NCBI GenBank assembly: GCA_021373015.1
Contig: JAJFTJ010000018.1
Span: forward strand, 65,489 to 129,488
Source of the DNA: Nitrospiraceae bacterium
GTDB taxonomy: Bacteria; Nitrospirota; Thermodesulfovibrionia; Thermodesulfovibrionales; UBA1546
Direction: 5' to 3'
Length of the DNA: 64,000 nucleotides
The translations under genes and the position numbers were made by a program. Shown piece after piece: positions 9,650 to 20,332 of this stretch (position 1 is the stretch's first letter; the number at the start of each line of letters is the position of its first letter). The notes under the pieces were generated by a model. That model worked only from the letters and a program-made list of their open reading frames with translations. It was not told where the DNA came from and did no database searches.

Positions 9650-10786
9650 ATGAACAATAAGGAGAATCACATGAAAAAATTAATCTTCAATTCAATCATA
9701 TTATTGACCATCATCTTTATTTTTTTTGCATGCCAGAAAAAAGAGGATTCAATAAAGATCGGCGTTGCCGGCCCCATGACAGGAGATCAGGCGAAAATGG
9801 GAACTGATTTCAAAAACGGAATTGAGCTTGCAGTAAAAGAATGGAATGAAAAAGGCGGAATATTTGGAAAGAAAATCGTGATAATTGTACAGGATGACCA
9901 GCATGACCCCAAACAGGCAGTTTCAGTCGCAAACAAACTGGTGAATGAGGAAGTTGCGGGGGTAATAGGGCATTTTAATTCAAACTGTTCAATTCCAGCA
10001 TCAGATATTTATAACCGAGCAGGGATTCCGATGATATCTCCCGGCTCTACGAATCCAAAGCTGACAGAAAAAGGATATATAAATGTTTTCAGGGTATGCG
10101 GCAGAGATGACCAACAGGGAAAAGTTGGAGCAGAGTTCACGCTTAAAAAATTAAATATCAAAAAAGCCGCTGTGATACATGACAAAACAACATACGGGCA
10201 GGGACTGGCAGACGAATTCAAAAAATCAATCGGCAATAAAATAGAGATTGTATATTACGGAGGGATCGTTCAGGGAGACAAAGATTTCAAGAGTATTTTA
10301 ACTACTATAAAAAGCAGGAATCCAGAACTTATATTTTTTGGCGGGATATATGTTGAAGCAGGTCTTCTTGTAAGACAGGCAAAAGAACTCGGCATAAAAG
10401 CGCCTTTTATGAGCGGAGACGGAACAATAGACCCAAAATTTATAGAAATAGCAGGGGTATCAGCAGCCGAAGGCACATATCTCACATTCAGCCCCGATGC
10501 GAGAAAAATCCCATCAGCAAAAAAATTCGTCGACGACTATGAAAAAAAATATGGACCCATCGGACCTTATTCAATCTATGCATATGACGCGGCAAATATA
10601 TTATTGAACGCTATAAAAGAGACAGGCACAACAGAAAAAAAGAAAGTGATAGAAAAACTTCGCTCAATGAATTTCAGCGGCGCGTTGGGAAAGATTAAAT
10701 TCGACTCGAAAGGCGACGTTACCGAATCTCCTTTTGTTGTTTGGATCACAAAAAACGGCAAATTCGAAGAACTCTGGAAACCGTAA
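9650..10786 (+). CDS. branched-chain amino acid ABC transporter substrate-binding lipoprotein (LivK/LivJ-like), orphan
   Basis: Signal peptide with Cys (IFIFFAC), then IKIGVAGPMTGDQAKMG...GVIGHFNS, typical of type I periplasmic binding proteins. No permease or ATPase genes are adjacent. The start may be the ATG at 9671. Confidence 0.85.
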   Translation: MNNKENHMKKLIFNSIILLTIIFIFFACQKKEDSIKIGVAGPMTGDQAKMGTDFKNGIELAVKEWNEKGGIFGKKIVIIVQDDQHDPKQAVSVANKLVNEEVAGVIGHFNSNCSIPASDIYNRAGIPMISPGSTNPKLTEKGYINVFRVCGRDDQQGKVGAEFTLKKLNIKKAAVIHDKTTYGQGLADEFKKSIGNKIEIVYYGGIVQGDKDFKSILTTIKSRNPELIFFGGIYVEAGLLVRQAKELGIKAPFMSGDGTIDPKFIEIAGVSAAEGTYLTFSPDARKIPSAKKFVDDYEKKYGPIGPYSIYAYDAANILLNAIKETGTTEKKKVIEKLRSMNFSGALGKIKFDSKGDVTESPFVVWITKNGKFEELWKP

Positions 10787-10792
10787 AAAAGA

Positions 10793-10820
10793 TTGACAAT
10801 TTGATTTTTAATACTATATT
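10793..10820 (+). promoter_or_regulatory. sigma70-type promoter driving the riboswitch-kimA transcript (TTGACA-16-TATATT)
   Basis: TTGACA at 10793-10798, a 16-nt spacer, and TATATT at 10815-10820. It lies about 15 nt upstream of the riboswitch P1. Confidence 0.55.
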
Positions 10821-10836
10821 CTAAAAAATAAAAGCA

Positions 10837-10939
10837 GCCTAAATCCATTTAGTGGATGCGGGGGACCCATAGAGCATGGGGCGTATTTCGAAAGAATAGG
10901 GAACTTCCATTCCCGAGCCCGTCAGCTAACCTCGTAGGC
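10837..10939 (+). promoter_or_regulatory. c-di-AMP riboswitch aptamer (ydaO/yuaA = kimA class)
   Basis: Conserved blocks match the ydaO motif from memory: GCGGGGGACCCA (10858-10869), GGGGCGUAUU, and CCCGAGCCCGUCAGCUAACCUCGUAGGCG (10911-10940). P1 pairs GCCUA (10837-10841) with UAGGC (10935-10939). The downstream gene is the class-typical KimA. Confidence 0.85.
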
Positions 10940-10966
10940 GTTTGGAAGGGCAAAGGCCGAAATCAG

Positions 10967-10991
10967 AGACCGCCGCCCAAGCGGTCTTTTT
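10967..10991 (+). terminator. intrinsic terminator (riboswitch expression platform)
   Basis: Stem AGACCGC (10967-10973) pairs with GCGGUCU (10981-10987) around loop CGCCCAA, followed by UUUUUAUUU. It lies 33 nt upstream of the kimA ATG. Confidence 0.75.
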
Positions 10992-11023
10992 ATTTCCTCT
11001 TTTTGTCCCTTAAAGGAGTGAAC

Positions 11024-12838
11024 ATGTCTATAAAGAGTTTTCTCATCGGGAGTCCTATTGAGACAATCAATGAAAGCCATGAGAGGCTGTCAAAAAAAAT
11101 GGGTCTAGCAGTATTTTCTTCTGACCCTCTTTCATCTGTGGCCTACGGAACAGAAGAAATTATGTTTGCTCTAATTGCTGGAGGAACAGCACTTCTCAGT
11201 TACACGCTGCCAATTGCCATAGCAATCGTAGTTCTTGTTGCGATTGTAGCCACCTCATATTTCCAGACCGTTCACGCATATTCTTCTGGCGGAGGAGCAT
11301 ATATAGTCGCAAAAGACAATTTAGGTAATCTCCCAGGTCTTATTGCAGGGTCTGCTTTGCTTATCGATTATGTGCTAACAGTAACAGTCAGTGTGGCAGC
11401 AGGAATAGCAGCGATTACCTCAGCATTCCCTGTGACTCGTGAATATACTGTCTCTATGTGCATTGCTTCCATTTTGTTCATTACAATAATAAATCTGAGA
11501 GGAGTGAGAGAATCAGGAAAAGTTTTTTCGCTTCCTGTATATATTTTCATAGGCAGCTTGCTTGCTCTTATTGTTGTAAGTCTTACAAAATCCATTCATT
11601 TACCACGTATTCAATATAAAGAGGTTACTGAGACTGCTGCAGGCATATTCCCTATTTTTATAATACTGAAGGCATTTGCTTCAGGGTGCGCTACTCTAAC
11701 AGGAATAGAAGCCATATCAAATGGAGTTCGCGCGTTCAAAGCGCCTGAGGCCAAAAATGCGGGTATCACGCTTGTCTGGATGGCATCCATACTTGCAATT
11801 CTAACGATAGGCATAGCCTATTTCGCAAATTATTACGGTATCATTCCTAATCCGAATGAGACTGTCATATCTCAACTTGCAAAAACAGTATTTTCAAATG
11901 GGGTTGTATATTACACTATTCAGTTTGCCACGATGCTTGTCCTTATCCTTGCTGCAAACACTTCGTTTGCTGATTTTCCAAGGCTTTCCTCAATAATGGC
12001 AAATGACCGATTTCTCCCGAGACAGTTATCTAACAGGGGCGACAAGCTAGTCTTTTCAAACGGCATACTGATCCTCAGTCTTCTTTCAGCGCTTCTGATA
12101 ATCCTTTTTAAGGGCGATACGCACTCATTAATACCTCTTTATGCTGTGGGTGTTTTTACAGCCTTTACCTTATCGCAGATTGGCATGGTCAGACACTGGC
12201 TAAGGGGAAAAATGAAGGGCTGGCTCAAAAGCACAATTATCAACGCTATAGGTGGCATGACAACAGGAATAGTTCTTATTATAATCGCAGTTGAAAAGTT
12301 CACACATGGAGCATGGATAGTGCTTATCGCCATTCCTGTGCTTGTTATGTTGACACAAAAAATTCACCGCCATTATCTTTCTGTTGCAGAACAGCTTTCT
12401 GTTGAAAAATGTATAACTGGAGAAAAAGCATACAAACACCATTCAGTTATCATTCCGATATCAGGCATGCAACAGGCAGTCCTAAATGCTGTAAAGTATG
12501 CAAAGGCATTATCCGATGATGTTGTTGCTATTTATGTTTGCCTGAATGAAATGGAAACCGCAAGAATAAAACAAAAATGGGACAGATATTGCACAGGAGT
12601 CAATCTTATCATACTCGAATCTCCATATCGCTCCATTAAACAGCCGCTGATAGAGTATATAGATGAGGTTAATGGCAGATATCCAGACGGAGTTATAACT
12701 GTTGTGCTTCCTGAATTCGTACCTTTAAAATGGTGGCATCACCTTTTGCACAATCAGACAGCGCTGTTTATAAAGGGACTTTTGCTGCTCAAAAAAGGAG
12801 TTGTCTCCACAAGTGTTCCTTTTCATCTGAAGGAATAA
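11024..12838 (+). CDS. kimA: KimA-type K+ transporter (APC superfamily permease with C-terminal cytoplasmic domain)
   Basis: Start at ATG 11024 with AAAGGAG 5-12 nt upstream. MSIKSFLIGSPIETINESHERLSKKMGLAVFSSDPLSSVAYGTEEI is KimA/YdaO-like. The protein has about 12 TM segments plus a roughly 150-aa soluble tail. The 56 codons upstream in the track ORF are the riboswitch and terminator. Confidence 0.85.
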   Translation: MSIKSFLIGSPIETINESHERLSKKMGLAVFSSDPLSSVAYGTEEIMFALIAGGTALLSYTLPIAIAIVVLVAIVATSYFQTVHAYSSGGGAYIVAKDNLGNLPGLIAGSALLIDYVLTVTVSVAAGIAAITSAFPVTREYTVSMCIASILFITIINLRGVRESGKVFSLPVYIFIGSLLALIVVSLTKSIHLPRIQYKEVTETAAGIFPIFIILKAFASGCATLTGIEAISNGVRAFKAPEAKNAGITLVWMASILAILTIGIAYFANYYGIIPNPNETVISQLAKTVFSNGVVYYTIQFATMLVLILAANTSFADFPRLSSIMANDRFLPRQLSNRGDKLVFSNGILILSLLSALLIILFKGDTHSLIPLYAVGVFTAFTLSQIGMVRHWLRGKMKGWLKSTIINAIGGMTTGIVLIIIAVEKFTHGAWIVLIAIPVLVMLTQKIHRHYLSVAEQLSVEKCITGEKAYKHHSVIIPISGMQQAVLNAVKYAKALSDDVVAIYVCLNEMETARIKQKWDRYCTGVNLIILESPYRSIKQPLIEYIDEVNGRYPDGVITVVLPEFVPLKWWHHLLHNQTALFIKGLLLLKKGVVSTSVPFHLKE

Positions 12839-12856
12839 GTTATAATTAATTTATTC

Positions 12857-13666
12857 TTATTCCTTATACCCTACGATCGCGATCCCGGCTTTATCAGCTT
12901 CCTTAACCATTTTTTCTCGATGGACAAGAATGCTTTTGCCTGCTTCCACAGCAAGCACACGGGCTTTAACTTTGATCATGGATTTCAATGTATCCATTCC
13001 AACAACAGGCACATCAAACCTCATATCCTGTTTTGGCTTGCTTACTTTTACTACCACAGCTCCTTGATGAGCAAGAGTCCCGCCTCTTAAAATTGCCTCG
13101 TCAGTGCCTTCTATTGCTTCTATCGCCATGACAGCCTTATCCTTCACAACGACAGTCTGTCCAATATCAAGACCACTAATCTCCTTTGCTATAATCCATC
13201 CAAATTCAACATCTTTCTTCTCATCCTCTTTAAGCTTTCCTTTTGTTAAAAGCCCTTCAGGCGTCATGAGTCCTGCGCTGAAATCAGTTGTTTTAAGAAG
13301 CTTGATGCCCTCTTCTTCCAGTTCCTTTGCAACAGCAAGGAGTATTGAATCGTCTTTTCTATCCTTGAGGGAAAAAATAAGTTTCACTGCTCTTAGGTCA
13401 GGAATTATCCGGCTTTTATAGAGAAGAGATTTCGGGACCTTTCCTGCCATAACAGCCTCTTTTACTTTGTGTTTTTTAAGCGTTTCTATTATTTCGTTAA
13501 GCTTACCGACACTTATACGCTTTATTTCATCGCTGTATTCTTCAAGATCATTATCTGCAACAGGCTCAAGCGCAATTATTAAAATCTTGTAACCCTTTGC
13601 CCTTCCCTCTGATGCTATAAGTTTGGGGAGTTCGCCCATGCCTGCAATCAATCCGAGTGTTTTCAT
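12857..13666 (-). CDS. lpxI: UDP-2,3-diacylglucosamine pyrophosphatase LpxI (DUF1009 family)
   Basis: 269 aa; LGLIAGMGELP N-terminus; positioned directly after lpxA as in other LpxI-encoding lpx clusters. Confidence 0.8.
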   Translation of the reverse strand: MKTLGLIAGMGELPKLIASEGRAKGYKILIIALEPVADNDLEEYSDEIKRISVGKLNEIIETLKKHKVKEAVMAGKVPKSLLYKSRIIPDLRAVKLIFSLKDRKDDSILLAVAKELEEEGIKLLKTTDFSAGLMTPEGLLTKGKLKEDEKKDVEFGWIIAKEISGLDIGQTVVVKDKAVMAIEAIEGTDEAILRGGTLAHQGAVVVKVSKPKQDMRFDVPVVGMDTLKSMIKVKARVLAVEAGKSILVHREKMVKEADKAGIAIVGYKE

Positions 13667-13713
13667 CCTGCAAAACCAAAAATTAAAAAAGGGAATCGAA
13701 GGATATCAGACAT

Positions 13714-14493
13714 CTATCTGCAGATGCCTCTTTTGTTTTTTTCTATAAATTCAAGCAGATGTTTAATTTCGTCTGTAAAAGGGAGTTCCTGCTGAACTTT
13801 TTTTATAGCTTCTTTGAGAGTGTTCTTGTCTCTGAAAAGTATTTTATACGCTTTTTTAAGGTCATCCAATACTGCATCAGAAAAACCTGCCCTTTTTAGG
13901 CCAACGAGATTAAGTCCGTACAGCTTGGCTCTCGTGCCTGAAGCCAGAGCATATGGAGGCACATCAAGGGAAACTCCGCTTAGTCCTCCTATCATCGAAT
14001 AGGCTCCAACTCTTGCATTTTGATGTATTGCTACAACTCCTCCTAAAACAACATGATCCTCAATAACAACATGTCCTGCAAGTGTTGCAAGATTTGCCAT
14101 AACAATATTATTTCCAACTTTGCAGTCGTGTGCTATATGTACATATGCCATCAGAAAATTATTGTCTCCTACTGATGTTATTCCATCTCCTCCGATCGAT
14201 GCCCTGTGTATGGTGATGTACTCTCTTATGGTATTATTGCTGCCGATCCTTACAGCAGTTTTTTCGTCCTTGTATTTAAGGTCCTGTGGCTGGAGTCCGA
14301 TGCTTACAAATGAAGATATCTTGCATCCCTCTCCAATCTCAGTATCTCCCTCAATAATGACATTAGATGCAATGCTTGTGCCTTTCTTTATTTTTACGCC
14401 CTCTCCTATTATGCAGAATGGACCTATTGAGACATCTTCGTCTATCTCTGCCTTTGGAGAAATTATTGCTGATTGATGTATTTGTGCGCTCAT
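13714..14493 (-). CDS. lpxA: acyl-ACP--UDP-N-acetylglucosamine O-acyltransferase
   Basis: Left-handed beta-helix hexapeptide repeats plus the C-terminal helical LpxA domain (LKRAGFS...LKKAYKILF). I prefer the ATG at 14493 ([17 protein letters not shown]), which overlaps the fabZ stop by 4 nt. Confidence 0.93.
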   Translation of the reverse strand: MSAQIHQSAIISPKAEIDEDVSIGPFCIIGEGVKIKKGTSIASNVIIEGDTEIGEGCKISSFVSIGLQPQDLKYKDEKTAVRIGSNNTIREYITIHRASIGGDGITSVGDNNFLMAYVHIAHDCKVGNNIVMANLATLAGHVVIEDHVVLGGVVAIHQNARVGAYSMIGGLSGVSLDVPPYALASGTRAKLYGLNLVGLKRAGFSDAVLDDLKKAYKILFRDKNTLKEAIKKVQQELPFTDEIKHLLEFIEKNKRGICR

Positions 14494-14924
14494 TCCTGCT
14501 CCTTTGTGATGATCATTGCTGTGAACTCGCATTCTGCTGAAACCTTGTCATCAACAATAGCTTCGCCCGATAATTTCCATACCCTGCCGCGCTGCTGCAA
14601 CACCTTAACTAAAAGTTTCAACTGATCTCCAGGAACAACAGGTCTTCTGAACTTCGCCTTTTCTATGCTCATAAAATAAACTGCGTCGCCTTTATTCCCT
14701 GATGCAAATGCAAGCACTCCGCCAACCTGCGCAAGTGCTTCTATAATCAAAACACCGGGCATTATTGGATTGCCCGGAAAATGTCCTTGAAAAAACGGCT
14801 CATTTATAGTTACATTTTTAATACCTATTACTTTTTTATTTGCTTCAAGTTCGATAACCCTGTCAACCAGGAGGAAGGGGTATCTGTGAGGAATAAGTTC
14901 CTGAATCTCTTTTATATCTATCAT
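14490..14924 (-). CDS. fabZ: 3-hydroxyacyl-ACP dehydratase
   Basis: 144 aa; [13 protein letters not shown]...[23 protein letters not shown] is canonical FabZ. Confidence 0.95.
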   Translation of the reverse strand: MIDIKEIQELIPHRYPFLLVDRVIELEANKKVIGIKNVTINEPFFQGHFPGNPIMPGVLIIEALAQVGGVLAFASGNKGDAVYFMSIEKAKFRRPVVPGDQLKLLVKVLQQRGRVWKLSGEAIVDDKVSAECEFTAMIITKEQE

Positions 14925-15943
14925 TCCTTCTCTCTCCTTTCAAATGTTTTAATCTTCTCTTCGAGTTCTTTTATTTTATAAATTAGATCAGGGAGTTTAG
15001 GTAAAGATATAATCGCCCTTAGATAGTCTCTGTGAGAAATGGCAGGTGATCCTGAATAAACACCTTTTGGAAGGTTTCCCACAACCCCTGCCTGCGCAGC
15101 AACCATAGCGCCGTCTTCTATCTTTGAATGGTCTGCAACTCCAACCTGACCTCCGAGTATAACCAAATTCCCGATGTTTGCGCTTCCTGCAATACCAACC
15201 TGAGCAACTATGATAGTATTTTCGCCAATCTTAACATTGTGAGCTATCTGCGAAAGGTTGTCTATCTTTGTACCTTTTCCTATGACAGTGTTACCTATAG
15301 TTGCCCTGTCTATCGTGACATTGGCTCCTATTTCAACATCATCATTTATGATAACGCCTCCAGTCTGCGGTATCTTGAAATGAACTCCCTTTTCTAGAAT
15401 ATAACCAAAACCATCAGAGCCTATAACACTCCCTGCATGAATAATAACTCTGTTCCCAATCCTGACATTCTCTCTGATAACCGCATTCGGATATATAATG
15501 CAGTCATCTCCGATAGATGAATTTTCGCCGATAAAAACACCCGGATAAATAATCGTCTTCTTACCTACAGACGCATTGTCTGAAATATACGCGTTTGAAT
15601 AGATCGAGACATCCGTTCCAATATTTGCCTTACCAGAAACAAAAGCATTTTCATTAATGCCTGAAGGCTTATGAGGTTTGACATAAAAATGTTCGAGCAG
15701 CCTTGCAAAAGCATATTGAGGATTTGAGACTTTTATCTGAGGCCTTGAGATTTCTTTTAAAACTTCTTTTACTACTATACAGGATGCATTGGATGAAATA
15801 CATTCTTTAATAAGTTTTGGATCTGAAAAAAATGTGATGTCGCCTTCTTTTGCATCTGATATGCCTGCAACGCCGGTTATCTCAACATCAGCATTGCCTG
15901 TTATCTCTCCGTTAATCAGCTCTGCAATCTTGCTTAATTTCAT
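14921..15943 (-). CDS. lpxD: UDP-3-O-acylglucosamine N-acyltransferase
   Basis: 340 aa with an N-terminal LpxD domain followed by hexapeptide repeats. Sits in lpxD-fabZ-lpxA synteny. Confidence 0.93.
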   Translation of the reverse strand: MKLSKIAELINGEITGNADVEITGVAGISDAKEGDITFFSDPKLIKECISSNASCIVVKEVLKEISRPQIKVSNPQYAFARLLEHFYVKPHKPSGINENAFVSGKANIGTDVSIYSNAYISDNASVGKKTIIYPGVFIGENSSIGDDCIIYPNAVIRENVRIGNRVIIHAGSVIGSDGFGYILEKGVHFKIPQTGGVIINDDVEIGANVTIDRATIGNTVIGKGTKIDNLSQIAHNVKIGENTIIVAQVGIAGSANIGNLVILGGQVGVADHSKIEDGAMVAAQAGVVGNLPKGVYSGSPAISHRDYLRAIISLPKLPDLIYKIKELEEKIKTFERREKE

Positions 15944-16067
15944 TTATTATCAATCCCTTTAATCAAAAAATCGCTAGAAAAAGAATACCACATAGACTGA
16001 TATCTTGACAACAGATTAAAACCTTTTGATAAATATTGTTCTAGATGCATACCTGACAAGAAGGGCA

Positions 16068-16093
16068 GGGGCTTCCAGGGGGGTGGAAGCCCC
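16068..16093 (-). terminator. GC-rich hairpin downstream of ftsZ (putative terminator of the dcw transcript)
   Basis: Perfect 10-bp inverted repeat: GGGGCTTCCA (16068-16077) and TGGAAGCCCC (16084-16093) around a 6-nt loop. It lies 14 nt after the ftsZ stop. The trailing sequence on the minus strand (UGCCCUUCUUGUC) is only moderately U-rich. Confidence 0.65.
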
Positions 16094-16107
16094 TATGGAG
16101 GGGGAAC

Positions 16108-17280
16108 TTATATTTCTACCTGCGAAGTTTTCCTCATGAAAGTCGGCACATCAAGCGGATCTTCGCAAGGGATAAACTCGGAATCAGACGAAGAGCTCGT
16201 TACATAATCTGCTCTGAGGTTTTTCGAGAGAACCCGGTCCGCGCCTCTAAACGATGATGCTGTCTCCTTTTCTTTTTCTTTCTGGATAACCAGTTTCTTT
16301 ATCTGTGGAAGCTCTACTTTATCTTTTTTCTCATCAAAGCTTGTTGCTATTACAGTCACCCTTACCTCGTCTTCAAGGTCTGGATTTATCACTGAACCAA
16401 AAATTATATTTGCCTCTTTATCACCAAGGTCATATATGAACGAAGTAGCAGTCTCAACAGCATTGAGTGAAAGGCCAAGACCTCCTGTGATATTGATAAT
16501 TATTCCTTTTGCTCCCTCGCTTGAAGTATCTTCCAGCAGAGGATTTGAGATAGCTTTTTTTGCTGCCTCAAGAGCGCCGCCTTCACCTCTTCCAATGCCA
16601 ATACCCATTACTGCCCTGCCAGCTCCGGACATTATTGTCTTTACATCAGCAAAATCCAGGTTTATTAAGCCCGGGATTAAGATCAGATCTGAGATTCCCT
16701 GTACTGCCTGTCTCAGCACATCATTAGCAACTGCGAATGATTTGAGCATTGGTGTGCCTTTTTCAACAACAAGACCTATTTTGTCATTTGGCACAACCAG
16801 CAATGTATCCACATAACTTTGGAGTTCTTTTATACCGGCATCTGCATTAAGCGACCTTTTTCTCCCTTCGTAGAAGAACGGCTTTGTAACAATCCCGACT
16901 GTAAGGACACCCATCTCTCTTGCAATGCTTGCAATTACAGGAGAAGCGCCTGTTCCAGTGCCTCCGCCCATGCCTGCTGTTATGAACACCATGTCTGCGC
17001 CTCTTAGACATTCAGCTATTACAGCCCTGTCCTCAATAGCAGCCTCCTTCCCAATATCCGGATTTGAACCTGCTCCAAGTCCTTTTGTCAATTTCATCCC
17101 TACCTGCACTTTTAACGGTGCAAGTGAGGTCTCAATGATTTGATGGTCTGTGTTAACAACCACAAACTCCACTCCCTGCAGATTGGATGCGATCATATTG
17201 TTTACAGCATTTCCACCTGCGCCGCCAACTCCAATAACCTTGATTTTTGCTCCCTGTTTTGCCTCTTCTAATTCGAACAT
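16108..17280 (-). CDS. ftsZ: cell division GTPase FtsZ
   Basis: GGGTGTGA tubulin signature and a C-terminal conserved peptide (DVPTFMRK). Confidence 0.98.
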   Translation of the reverse strand: MFELEEAKQGAKIKVIGVGGAGGNAVNNMIASNLQGVEFVVVNTDHQIIETSLAPLKVQVGMKLTKGLGAGSNPDIGKEAAIEDRAVIAECLRGADMVFITAGMGGGTGTGASPVIASIAREMGVLTVGIVTKPFFYEGRKRSLNADAGIKELQSYVDTLLVVPNDKIGLVVEKGTPMLKSFAVANDVLRQAVQGISDLILIPGLINLDFADVKTIMSGAGRAVMGIGIGRGEGGALEAAKKAISNPLLEDTSSEGAKGIIINITGGLGLSLNAVETATSFIYDLGDKEANIIFGSVINPDLEDEVRVTVIATSFDEKKDKVELPQIKKLVIQKEKEKETASSFRGADRVLSKNLRADYVTSSSSDSEFIPCEDPLDVPTFMRKTSQVEI

Positions 17281-17335
17281 ATAAGCACCCCCTTATATTT
17301 TTTAAAAATGAGATATATAACTAAATTTTCTCTAA

Positions 17336-18622
17336 TCATCTTTTCTTTCCTGTTCCTCTCTGGTTCTCGAAACCAATAAGATTTTTAACCCAATCCTTCA
17401 TCTTGTCGAATATTTTTACGAAAACATCTCCATGGAATACTCCGTCAGAAAGATTTTTGGAACCATGAAGAACAAGTCCTATCCCTGTTGAATATACTGG
17501 AGTCATTATTGAGTGCTGGATTGGCAATGACTGAGGTGTATCTGTACCTTCAGGAATTCCTATCCTTACAGGAATTCCTATCTCTGCCTCAACAAGCCTG
17601 TCAATGCCAGAAAGAAGCGATGAACCTCCTGTGAGCACTATTCCGGAAAGACCTGCTTCTACTTTTGGCACTCCCGTTATTTCCTGTTTAATTAATTCTG
17701 TAAGTTCTTCGCATCTGGGCTGGAGAATTTCCAAAATATATTTTCTTGGAATATTTCTCAATTGTTTGTCAGCGCCTAAAACATCCATATCTTCATCTTT
17801 ATCAACAAGCATGGCAGGGACAGCACACCCGTACTTTTTCTTAATTCTTTCTGCCTCCTGAAGAGGTATCCTTAGCCCTATTGCGATATCATTTGTGAAA
17901 TGGTTTCCGCCTATTGCAAGAACTGATGTATGCCTCAGACTTCCATTTCTGTATACAGCTATATCTGTGGTTCCTCCGCCAATATCAACAAGTGCGACTC
18001 CGAGATCTTTTTCATCCTCTGAAAGAACTGCCTCTGCTGATGCAATCGGCTCAAGAACAATGTCTACTACATCAAGGCCTGCCTTCTCACAGCACTTAAG
18101 CAGGTTCTGTACAGAAGTAACTGCCCCAGTGACTATATGCACCTTTACCTCAAGTCTCACTCCTGACATCCCTATAGGATCTTTTATACCATCCTGACCA
18201 TCGAGTATGAACTCGGTTGGAATAACATGCAGCACCTCTCTGTCAAGCGGAACATAAACAACACTTGCCGAATCTATTGCACGCTCAACATCCTGTTGTC
18301 GTACCTCTTTGCCTTTTATTCCTACTGCACCATAACTTTCAAAGCCTTTTATATGTCCGCCGCAGATCCCGACATGCACAGTATCTATGCCGAAACCCGC
18401 CAAGGTCTCAGATTCTTTAACAGCTTTTCTTATTGAATCAACAGTCGAATCTATATTTATGACAACACCTTTTCTAAGTCCTGTTGACGGCGCTGAACCG
18501 ATCGAGATTATCTCTGCCCTGCCGTCCTTTACTTCTCCAACAACAGCGCATATCTTTGTTGTCCCCACATCAAGGCCAACGATTATGTTTCTTCTCTTGT
18601 CAGTTTTTCTGGGCCTGATCAT
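17336..18622 (-). CDS. ftsA: cell division protein FtsA
   Basis: 428 aa with an actin-like ATPase fold (GLDVGTTKICAVV..., DIGGGTTDIAV), positioned between ftsQ and ftsZ. Confidence 0.95.
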   Translation of the reverse strand: MIRPRKTDKRRNIIVGLDVGTTKICAVVGEVKDGRAEIISIGSAPSTGLRKGVVINIDSTVDSIRKAVKESETLAGFGIDTVHVGICGGHIKGFESYGAVGIKGKEVRQQDVERAIDSASVVYVPLDREVLHVIPTEFILDGQDGIKDPIGMSGVRLEVKVHIVTGAVTSVQNLLKCCEKAGLDVVDIVLEPIASAEAVLSEDEKDLGVALVDIGGGTTDIAVYRNGSLRHTSVLAIGGNHFTNDIAIGLRIPLQEAERIKKKYGCAVPAMLVDKDEDMDVLGADKQLRNIPRKYILEILQPRCEELTELIKQEITGVPKVEAGLSGIVLTGGSSLLSGIDRLVEAEIGIPVRIGIPEGTDTPQSLPIQHSIMTPVYSTGIGLVLHGSKNLSDGVFHGDVFVKIFDKMKDWVKNLIGFENQRGTGKKR

Positions 18623-18624
18623 TT

Positions 18625-19419
18625 TTATTTGACAACCTCATTAACCGGCTTAACAACAACCCTTTTTGAAAATCTGAGATCAATGTAATCAACCGGGATC
18701 CCTCTCCTTGCGATTTCATCTTCAAGCTCTAACAACTTCTCGATTTTGTTTTCGTATTCTCCATAACCGATTTTTATCAAAGTCCCGTCAACCTGCATTG
18801 CAATCTCTTCAGGCTTGGAACCCGGAGGAATTATGATCTCAATTCTTTCTTTTACATTTATAAAACCCTTTTCCTTTATCACCCTTACAAGTTCAAGGGT
18901 TGAAGAAAGGGTCTGACTGTTCTTGAATATATTTCCAGAGATAATCGGGAGAAACACAGAAGAATCAGCTTTTAATTCCTGTAGCAAATTCCCCCTGTCA
19001 TCAATAAAGTGTGTTCTTCCGTTCATCTCAAGAATTGCAGACGGGAGGGTTTCTTCCACTCTTACGAGAAATTTATTAGGGAATTCCCTTCTGAAACTCA
19101 CACTCTTTATCCACGGAGACTTTAAGAGCTTTTCAGAAAGCTCCGCAGTTGATAATTCGAACAAGCCTTCATTGCCTTTTAGTTCCATAATCAGTTTAAG
19201 GTCGTTGTCAGCAATATGTTTATTACCGACAAAAATCATTTCTTTGACAGGGAAGAATGTGTAACGAACACTGTTAACCGTATATTTGACGCTAAGATAT
19301 AAAACAGCAAGAAAAATTATTACTCCTCCCCAGAAGATAATCATGCGTTTGATTGAACTTCTCGATGAAGATTTCCTGTTTATACTCATTGTTCTTATCT
19401 TAACTGCCTGCATTTTCAC
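18625..19419 (-). CDS. ftsQ: cell division protein FtsQ (POTRA domain)
   Basis: Single N-terminal TM segment followed by a POTRA/FtsQ-type domain. Sits in ddl-ftsQ-ftsA synteny. The start is uncertain; an alternative ATG is at 19389. Confidence 0.8.
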   Translation of the reverse strand: MKMQAVKIRTMSINRKSSSRSSIKRMIIFWGGVIIFLAVLYLSVKYTVNSVRYTFFPVKEMIFVGNKHIADNDLKLIMELKGNEGLFELSTAELSEKLLKSPWIKSVSFRREFPNKFLVRVEETLPSAILEMNGRTHFIDDRGNLLQELKADSSVFLPIISGNIFKNSQTLSSTLELVRVIKEKGFINVKERIEIIIPPGSKPEEIAMQVDGTLIKIGYGEYENKIEKLLELEDEIARRGIPVDYIDLRFSKRVVVKPVNEVVK

Positions 19420-20332
19420 CTCGTTGAAGGGTTTCTTTTAATATCTCTTCTATTAGCGCAGAAAAATCCAGACCTGCATGTTTTGCAATTTTTGGGAGCA
19501 GACTTGTTTCAGTCATTCCGGGAAGAGTGTTTACTTCAAGAACATAAGGATTGCCTGCTTTATCAATCCTTGTATCAACTCTTGTTGCGCCTCTGCAGCC
19601 AAGGGCTTTATGTGCAGCAAGAGCGGCATCAGCCGCTTTCTTGTAAATCTTCTCATCGACTTCAGGTGGAAGAATATACTCTGTAAGTCCTGCAGTATAT
19701 TTTGCCTCGTAACTGTAAAACTCCAGTGATGGTCTGACCTCAACTCCGCCCAGCGCACTGTTATTGAGAATGCCTATGTGAATCTCTTTGCCGTCGATAT
19801 ATTCTTCTATAAGAAGTTTGTCTCCATGCAAAAAACCTGCATCGAAAGCAGACTTAAGTTTTGTTTTATCTTTTATGATGCTTACACCAACGCTTGATCC
19901 CTCGCATGCAGGCTTTGCAACCCACGGGAACTCAAAATTAATATAAGCTATTTGGCTTTTATAATTATCCTTATCAAGAACAAAAAATTTCGGAGTTGGA
20001 ATTTCATGATAAAAGAACATTTTCTTTGACGCCTCTTTATTCATTGCAAGCGCAGAAGAAAGCAGATCAGAGCCTGTATATGGAATCCCCATAACTTCGA
20101 ATAGTCCCTGTATGCCCCCATCCTCGCCCCAGCCGCCGTGAAGCACCAAAAATGCCAGATCGATCTTCTCTTTTTTAACAGCCTCGCACACATCTGCTTT
20201 CACATCCATTTTTACAGCATTGTATCCAAGAGATTTCAAGGCGTTAAATACTGCCTCACCGCTTTTTAATGAAACCTCTCTCTCAGAAGAGATTCCGCCT
20301 ATTATTACGCCTATTTTTTTATCTGTAATCAC
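19400..20332 (-). CDS. ddl: D-alanine--D-alanine ligase
   Basis: 310 aa; [19 protein letters not shown]...[12 protein letters not shown]..., ATP-grasp fold. Confidence 0.95.
   Translation of the reverse strand: MITDKKIGVIIGGISSEREVSLKSGEAVFNALKSLGYNAVKMDVKADVCEAVKKEKIDLAFLVLHGGWGEDGGIQGLFEVMGIPYTGSDLLSSALAMNKEASKKMFFYHEIPTPKFFVLDKDNYKSQIAYINFEFPWVAKPACEGSSVGVSIIKDKTKLKSAFDAGFLHGDKLLIEEYIDGKEIHIGILNNSALGGVEVRPSLEFYSYEAKYTAGLTEYILPPEVDEKIYKKAADAALAAHKALGCRGATRVDTRIDKAGNPYVLEVNTLPGMTETSLLPKIAKHAGLDFSALIEEILKETLQRGENAGS

Noticed and set aside
10856-11023. N-terminal 56 codons of the 660-aa track ORF (MRGTHRAWGVFRKNRELPFPSPSANLVG...).
   Set aside because: This stretch is the c-di-AMP riboswitch and its terminator read as protein. 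A proper SD and ATG are at 11012-11026, and the KimA homology starts there.
12839-12856. Expected a terminator between convergent kimA and lpxI; also at 39623-39640, 42830-42831 and 58843-58846.
   Set aside because: These gaps are 0-18 nt (or overlapping) and contain no hairpin, so no terminator can be supported from sequence.
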